NCBI RefSeq assembly: GCF_001194135.2 | Contig: NC_068984.1 | Location: 17,489,391 to 17,553,390 of the forward strand | Reading direction: 5' to 3' | From: Octopus bimaculoides | Taxonomy: Eukaryota | Length of the DNA stretch: 64,000 nucleotides | Shown here: positions 60,340-64,000 of the stretch, piece by piece | Numbering within the stretch: the first letter of the stretch is position 1 | Layout of the letters: every line of letters begins with the position of its first letter | Position numbers and translations under genes: made by a program | The notes under the pieces: model-generated | Databases searched by the model: none | What the model saw: only the letters and a program-made list of their open reading frames with translations | Told to the model about the DNA's origin: nothing

Positions 60340-60500
60340 CCAGGAGAAAAGCACCCAGCCCACACTGTAAAATGGTTGGTGTTAGGAAGGGCATTGAGCC
60401 ATAAGAACCATACCGAATCTAACACTGGAGTATGACACAGCTCTGTGGTTCACCAGCTCCTGTCAAACTGTCCTACCCATGACAACATGGAAAACAATAA
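60340..60500 (+). mobile_element. Repeat family C, diverged
   Basis: aaagcaccc..ggttggtgttaggaagggcatt..acccatgacaacatggaaaac. Confidence 0.75.
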
Positions 60501-60508
60501 TAATAATA

Positions 60509-60575
<67 letters not shown>

Positions 60576-60602
60576 TTAATAATAATAATAATAATAATGA
60601 TA

Positions 60603-60634
<32 letters not shown>

Positions 60635-60663
60635 CATTATTAATAATTATTAATAGTTATTAA
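60498..60663. repeat. (AAT)n followed by inverted (ATT)n tract
   Basis: Direct read; orientation switches near 60600. Confidence 0.9.
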
Positions 60664-60666
60664 TAA

Positions 60667-61497
60667 TTCCATGGAGCCACAACAGAAGTTGATGGAAAAA
60701 ATAGGTAGGATTGACTGATGAAAGGAACCCTAAAAGAAGAGACCGAGAGCATTAAACTAGCAGCACAGGACCAAGCTCTAGCCATGAAAAGGAGGGTCAA
60801 CCTGAGGAATGAGCAAGTGTCTCCACTGTTCTGCATCTGCAATCGGGTGGATGAAACCATTGCCCATATCACGAGTGGATGACCTCAACTTGCCCAAAAC
60901 CATTACAAGTTATGGCGACATGACCAGGTAGTGAAAGTGCTCCATTGGAAACTGTGTGAAAAGTGGGGGCTAGAGAGAGGCAAGAGGCAGTATGAGAGTG
61001 GCAGAGTTGGAGACTAGCAAAATCTTCTGAGATTTCCCAATCCAAACATATCAGGGGCTAGAGCATATCAGACTGGTGGACCTAGTGGTGGTTGACAAGG
61101 TGCACCACATATGCTATATAGTTGATGTTGCATACCTCTTTGACCCATGAATAGTCAAAAAGGAAGGCGAAAAGATAGATACAACCAATTTAAGTACAAA
61201 ATAGCCTGGTTATGGAAAATAAAGAAGGTGATGATAGTGCCAATTATTGTTGGGTGCTTGAGAAGAATATCAGAAGGCATCAAGGGGAATATAAAGGAAA
61301 TTGGAATGGAGTGCCCAGTAGAACTGTTATAAAAGGTTTGCCTCCTTGGCACGGGAAGAATAATCAGGAGAGTATTAGATAGCTGAAAAGAACGGATAGC
61401 ATGGTACCATAGGCTGCAGGTAGTAAGCCTGCTATGCATGCCAGACTCCAGGAGCTCCAACAAAACCTGTGTTGAAAAGAAATAATAATAATAATAA
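60667..61497 (+). mobile_element. Second RLE-type (R4/Dong-like) retrotransposon 3' fragment, decayed
   Basis: LKEETESIKLAAQDQAL, CICNRVDETIAHITSG*..YKLWRHDQV (CCHC knuckle), DLVVVD..VDVA, VPIIVGCL..LLGTGRIIRRVL; (AAT)n tail. Confidence 0.85.
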
Positions 61498-61561
61498 AAA
61501 TCGTGTTAACTGGAACGACTCATGTACTGAGAAGAGCATTATCGCTGTGAAAACAACATCC

Positions 61562-61564
<3 letters not shown>

Positions 61565-61598
<34 letters not shown>

Positions 61599-61695
61599 GT
61601 TTAACGTCCGCTTTCCATGCTAGCATGGGTTGGACGATTTGACTGAGGACTGGTGCAACCGGATGGCTACACCAGGCTCCAATCTAATTTGGCCA
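61565..61695 (-). mobile_element. Repeat family C 3' end
   Basis: (cat)n cgtttaacgtccgctttccatgctagcatgggttggacg. Confidence 0.88.
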
Positions 61696-61867
61696 TGAAT
61701 TTATTTATTTATTAATTTTTTTACATACATATTTTACCTGTGAATTTGTGTGTGTAAACTGGGAATGCATACAATGAGGTGTACGGAAAACACTCGGCGA
61801 GAAATGGAAGAAAATTTGAAGAAAGAAAATTATAATAATAATAAAAAAATGCCCAGATGCATTTGTT

Positions 61868-62222
61868 TGACCTTAACCAGTTGAACATGTCTTTTGATGG
61901 CTGACAATATGTGCATCTCTGATCACGAGCAGAAGTAGTGGAGAAGCATCATAGCCATGTGTTGAGAGGAATACTTTGGAGTTTGAATAATTCGCTTCTG
62001 GAAACATGGGTGTTTCATTCAACATCCTTAAACAACCCTTCTTCAGGGACCTTTTGAGCAGGATGGGCTACTCAACCTGAAGAAAATTCTTACTGAGCTC
62101 CACCTGCAAGATCATGTGCCGTTTCTCTTGATATGAGATCGCCATGTTGCACACATGTGGTTGTGATGCATGTGCCTGGGCTTCGTGTATTGTACCCCCA
62201 GTGTCATTTTGATGGCATGCTC

Positions 62223-62225
<3 letters not shown>
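61868..62225. repeat. Dispersed repeat family F (longer copy)
   Basis: rc homolog of 42605-42835. Confidence 0.8.
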
Positions 62226-62265
<40 letters not shown>

Positions 62266-62704
62266 GTAGTAGTAATAATAATTACCCATATAAATTCTAC
62301 CAGGAATAAGAATGAACCTGAGTCAAATCAATGATGATGATTATGATGGTGATGATGATGATAATAATAATAATAATGGAGACTGCTGTCAAAGCTTTGA
62401 ACATTTCAAATTATTGGTAAATGCTAATGGAACACTTTTGTGATTGTATACTTCAGGATAGACAAATCAGAATGTGTTACTGCAAGTAAATGTGAGTCTT
62501 GATTCCTATACCCAGTATTTTTATCTAGCTTGGTAGACATTGTAGGCAATACATATTGATTGATTTCATACTGTGGCCATCAGCTATATAATAAATATGA
62601 CTTGGAATCAAATATGATTTGCTATCAAGTATTATTTGTTTACATACCTTCCCTCTTCAGTATGAAATGCCTTGTTGTTGTTGCTGTTGGTGTTGTTGAA
62701 CTTC

Positions 62705-62900
62705 TAGATAACTCTAACTGAGCAGATGTCTAATCAAAAGCGTTCCAGCTGTGATCATCCTGTATTTTTGGTTTTTCTCCGGTGGATTACATTATGCAAT
62801 CTGTCTTTGTTTTTAAGTAAGTGGGATATAATTTGAGGGAGATTTGGTTGCTGTTTCTAGCAAGTTGAGCAGTTGCTTAAAGGATCCCTCACTGGTTCAC
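62705..62900. repeat. Dispersed repeat family H
   Basis: ttccagctgtgatcatcc..atttgagggagatttggttgctgtttctagc. Confidence 0.6.
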
Positions 62901-63791
62901 CTTGGAATGTCTTGGCGCTGAAGATTGAGATGACGATGCATTGAAATGACATAACATAGGAAGCTACAACATGAGAAATCGCAGAACTGATTAAGAGAGA
63001 CAGGGGCAGAGACAAAAGGAAAAAAAGCAACAAAATCCTCCCAAAAGCAAACTGAAAAATCTGTTCTGTTTCTCATAGGTCATTTGTCAGATAGATGAAA
63101 ATAGTGTTCTTTGTAGAGGTTTTATTAAATAGCTGAATTCCCAGAACAAAAGGAACCTTCATGTCAGGTGAAATATGACTAATACTGCCAGTATACTTAT
63201 TGTCAAATATACACAGTATGTTGCACTGTCATCTCTTCATCTCCTCATCTCCTCAACTGCTTTGCTGTGTGTTATGTCACATGAGATTAGCATGCGCCTT
63301 CACAAATGGGAATTATATATAAAAACACTAATATCAATTTACTTGAAACTATTGCGATATCAAAGTATGGCAAGCTTTGAAATTTGTGATTATTATTGGG
63401 TTGGTTCCTTTATATTTCTGTTATTAAGTCTTGCAAAGAACAAGTGATGGCATGATGCCACTGTTTATTATTATTGATAAACCACAATCAAATTATCTAT
63501 AAATACTTCCTTTAGTCATCCTCTCTCTGCTATAATTATGCAGTCTGGTAGTTCTAATGGAACTATCCTTTAATGGAACTATCCTTATGTAAGAAACATT
63601 ATCTAATGTTAGCTTTTGGAAATATGCAGGAATTTACAGAATGTGTCATTTGAAAAAACATTTCACTGATATGACAGGACAGTTTAAAAATGATGGTTGT
63701 TGTGACTTTGTTATATTTTGTGATGTTGTATTGATTTTTTTGTTGTTATTATCATCATTATCAATATTAGTGATATACATACATACATACA

Positions 63792-63822
<31 letters not shown>

Positions 63823-63868
63823 TTGCATAATATCGAGGTCTCTTTCTTTCTTTTGTTGTCCTTCCTGT

Positions 63869-63913
<45 letters not shown>

Positions 63914-64000
63914 GTATTATACACAAGGTTTAGGTGTTTCAGAGGTACAGCCCCCTAAAAATCCCCTACGTATTATACTCAAGGGCAGACTATATTCGAG

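Noticed and set aside
62918-62955. CTGAAGA..GAAATGACATA hammerhead-like spacing
   Set aside because: Stem II and stem I do not pair.

Overview
AT-rich, repeat-saturated eukaryotic DNA with ten assembly gaps. The repeat families and microsatellite load look like an octopus (coleoid cephalopod) scaffold; this is an inference from family recognition, not a database hit. No intact protein-coding gene, true tRNA, rRNA or CRISPR array can be supported. Most long ORFs in the track are microsatellite or N-gap read-through. The window is dominated by roughly 60 copies or fragments of several tRNA-derived SINE and RTE-related repeat families (labelled A-H here). It also holds a full-length DD37D (maT) element and a DD34D mariner, both with TIRs and TA target duplications, plus hAT transposase relics. 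Retroelement remains include a 2-kb L1/Tx1-like LINE, an RTE 3' end, two RLE-type (R4/Dong-like) LINE 3' ends in TAA/TTA microsatellites, and Penelope-like (GIY-YIG) relics. The most interesting signal is a set of hammerhead ribozyme (HHR) motifs of three architectures. (i) A complete type I HHR at 7271-7351 sits inside a long rod-like hairpin within a 337-bp terminally redundant unit (retrozyme or Penelope pLTR-like). (ii) A minus-strand HHR at 38492-38626 has an 87-nt insert in stem II. (iii) A minimal dimer-type HHR occurs twice, at 46573-46618 and 21105-21150. A few splice-signal-bounded candidate exons suggest the window may be intronic to an unidentified host gene, but this is unproven.
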